A stretch of DNA of 54,884 nucleotides, taken from positions 1 to 54,884 of the forward strand of contig JAEZXP010000154.1 of NCBI GenBank assembly GCA_023419655.1, read 5' to 3'. This stretch comes from Bacillota bacterium. Its GTDB lineage: Bacteria; Bacillota; Clostridia; Lachnospirales; Lachnospiraceae. Positions 52,465 through 54,884 of this stretch are shown piece after piece. The notes under the pieces were generated by a model that ran no database searches, was not told where the DNA came from, and saw only the letters and a list, made by a program, of their open reading frames with translations. Position 1 is the first letter of the stretch. Each line of letters begins with the position of its first letter. Position numbers and translations under genes: made by a program.

Positions 52465-54369
52465 TTACTTACCCCTTCTTTTCTTACGCTTTTCATCCTT
52501 TTGATAATACATTCTGCTATCGGCAACACTCAGACACTCTTCCAGCTTCGTATCCTCATCTACCTGTGTAATACTCCATCCGTAGCTTATACTAATCTCA
52601 TGCTTATTGGACACGCTCTGATTGAATTTCTTCATCGCATTCTCGAATTTTGTAACAAACTGCTTCATCTTTTTGTCATCATATTCCACACCGATAACCG
52701 AATACTCATCCCCGCCCATTCGTATGCATATCTCATCATCCTCGGAAGCATTCATAAGGGCATCCGCTACTATCTTAATCGCCAGGTCCCCCTGCGCATG
52801 GCCAAAATCATCATTTATCTCCTTTAAATTGTCCATGTCTGCGCTAAATACCATGATACTGCTATGGTTTTCCCTGCTTTGCTCCAGATATTTTTGTCCC
52901 AGGGTATGAAGCGCTCTTCTGTTATACAGACCGGTCAGTTCATCTTTAACCGACATATCCTCCAGTTCATATACAAGCCGGTTCAGCTCGCTGTGTATTT
53001 TTATATTCTCAAGGGCGTTGCATACATTAATAAGCCATCCCTGATAGGAAGATTTATAGGCCTGAAACCGTTCAAAGCTAATTGCAGCATAGCCATAACA
53101 TTTTTCCTGATGATGCAGCATATTGAAGTAGAAAAACTGCGGCTCTTCATCCATGTAAACCGACGGCAGCAGCTCCTTAATATTAAAATCCACTTTTTCC
53201 AGCCATACCCGGTTCTTTAACCCTACTTCCATGGTGACCTGCCCGTTTCTCGTTATTGTATCAAAATCCAGACTGTTATTATGTCTATCCCACCCTCTGA
53301 ACAGGCACATATAGAATGAAGAGAAGCCTTCATTCAGGTAGGTATAGTGGGATAATTTGTGATTCAGCTCTTCCTGCGTCGTGGTTCCTGTTAAGTCAAT
53401 TGACATATAGGCATTGTCTGATATGGATTTGTCTTTATCCTCTGTTTCGTTAATGAGATGGTTCCTTCTTCTTAGAACGTTCTCCGCATTATCTTTTATC
53501 TTGCATCCGCAGGATTCTCTTATATAGGTTATACTTTTCAGATAGGTTGTACTTTCAAGGGGAATTCCCTGGTTATGCATATTAATCTTATCGACCGCTT
53601 CCATTCCCATATCAAATACAGGCATTCCCACTGTTGTAATCGGAGGCATAAAGTCTAAGGATATGCTGATGTTGTCGCAGCCGGTTACCGCCATATCCCG
53701 CGGAACCAAAACTCCCCGTTCCGCAAGAGCATTGCATACGGCCATCGCCATATAATCATTGGCACAGATAATCGCTTCCGGACGCTTCGCCGGGTCAGCC
53801 AGCCACTTTTCCACTGCTTCGCCGGCAGATTTCTTCCAGAAATCTCCGTAATAAATTCTGTCCTCTTCTACCGGGATACCGTTCTCCTTAAGAATTCTAC
53901 GATAGGTGTTCAGCCTTTGTATGGATACGGGGTTATCCTTTGGCCCTGTAAGAAAGTTAAGCTTTGTGTAGTTGTGAAGATTGATAAGATGTTGTATTAT
54001 ATCATCTAATGAGGTTCCCTCATCCATAAGGACATTATAGTATTCTCCCAGTCCGTGTCTTACACTGACAACGGGGCATTTGCTGTACTTTTTTATGTTC
54101 CCGGCAATATTGGATTTAAAATCCCTGACATGCATCGTGTCCGGAAGCATGATAATTCCTGCTAAATCAGAGTATATCGGAAAATCGGCAATATTGCATT
54201 CTCCAACCTCATATTTTAGCTCTCCATAACCGACAAAATTAGAAAATATCGCTACATTATATCCCAAATCATAGGCTCTGCTGCAAATACCTCTGCACAG
54301 CAAATCCTGAAACTCATGATGAGCCTGGGTAGCGTATACTCCTATTGTTTTCCGTCCGTTTCCAAGCAT
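52465..54369 (-). CDS. Diguanylate cyclase with LacI/sugar-binding-type sensor domain
   Basis: PBP type-I domain (AIICAND.MA, VP.DMAVTGCD, RESCG); DELTGLYNRR, RMGGDEY; no HTH or TM. Confidence 0.9.
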   Translation of the reverse strand: MLGNGRKTIGVYATQAHHEFQDLLCRGICSRAYDLGYNVAIFSNFVGYGELKYEVGECNIADFPIYSDLAGIIMLPDTMHVRDFKSNIAGNIKKYSKCPVVSVRHGLGEYYNVLMDEGTSLDDIIQHLINLHNYTKLNFLTGPKDNPVSIQRLNTYRRILKENGIPVEEDRIYYGDFWKKSAGEAVEKWLADPAKRPEAIICANDYMAMAVCNALAERGVLVPRDMAVTGCDNISISLDFMPPITTVGMPVFDMGMEAVDKINMHNQGIPLESTTYLKSITYIRESCGCKIKDNAENVLRRRNHLINETEDKDKSISDNAYMSIDLTGTTTQEELNHKLSHYTYLNEGFSSFYMCLFRGWDRHNNSLDFDTITRNGQVTMEVGLKNRVWLEKVDFNIKELLPSVYMDEEPQFFYFNMLHHQEKCYGYAAISFERFQAYKSSYQGWLINVCNALENIKIHSELNRLVYELEDMSVKDELTGLYNRRALHTLGQKYLEQSRENHSSIMVFSADMDNLKEINDDFGHAQGDLAIKIVADALMNASEDDEICIRMGGDEYSVIGVEYDDKKMKQFVTKFENAMKKFNQSVSNKHEISISYGWSITQVDEDTKLEECLSVADSRMYYQKDEKRKKRRGK

Positions 54370-54482
54370 ATTTTCATCCCCAATCCTGTTTCTGCACAAG
54401 GCATCAGCAAATATTTATCAGTCGTTAAAAAAACCTCAGCCATCACTTTTAAGTATCCAGCCGAGGCTATATTTGCCTTACA

Positions 54483-54884
54483 TTATTGTATAAGATTGGC
54501 CCGAAGCTGCAAAGCTTTTTTCTCGTTCTTTTGCTGGTACATCTTTTTATCAGCCATAACCAGACATTCTTCCACCGTTGTGCCCTCACCAGGAGCAATA
54601 ATACTCCAGCCATAGCTTACATATACGTTGAATTTCTGATTACCGCTTTGATTAAACCGATCCAATTCACCAACAAATTTGCATATAAACCGGTAAGCTT
54701 TTTCCTCATCATACTCAAACCCTATAACAACAAATTCATCCCCGCTAAAACGGACACAAATCTCATCATCATCTGATGATACAAGCAAAGCATCCGCTAC
54801 TGCTTTTAAGGCGATATCTCCTCCGGCATGCCCATAGCTGTCGTTTATTGTTTTCAGCCTGTCCAAATCCGCCATAAGTACCAT
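54483..54884 (-). CDS. GGDEF-domain protein, C-terminal part (5' end outside window)
   Basis: DLDRLK.INDSYGH..GD, RFSGDEF, AD..MY. Confidence 0.9.
   Translation of the reverse strand: MVLMADLDRLKTINDSYGHAGGDIALKAVADALLVSSDDDEICVRFSGDEFVVIGFEYDEEKAYRFICKFVGELDRFNQSGNQKFNVYVSYGWSIIAPGEGTTVEECLVMADKKMYQQKNEKKALQLRANLIQ

Overview
Core-chromosome segment of a spore-forming Clostridia bacterium, with gene content resembling Lachnospiraceae (inferred, not searched). Most genes lie on the minus strand. Housekeeping genes include pgi, cca, proS (T-box leader), metK (SAM-I riboswitch), murA, tadA, ffs (SRP RNA), nrdG, carB, rsmA, tatD, rsmI, holB, a gmk-like kinase and xth. Sporulation-type genes are cotS-like, ytvI, spmAB, yaaT/ricT and abrB. 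There are also four c-di-GMP enzymes (2 HD-GYP, 2 GGDEF), a two-component system, an AmmeMemoRadiSam pair and a NitT/TauT-type ABC transporter. I found no transposase, integrase, prophage or CRISPR-Cas. The most interesting unexplained items are: (i) a terminator/antiterminator leader I cannot assign to a known riboswitch, upstream of a TM1266-family gene plus ABC importer; (ii) a cNMP-domain protein / TPR-AAA+ protein / Ig-like protein cluster; (iii) a candidate standalone structured sRNA downstream of pgi; (iv) a ~194-nt near-perfect intergenic hairpin; (v) a 58-bp duplicated palindromic unit between spmA and abrB. All calls come from reading motifs by eye; no database searches were run.
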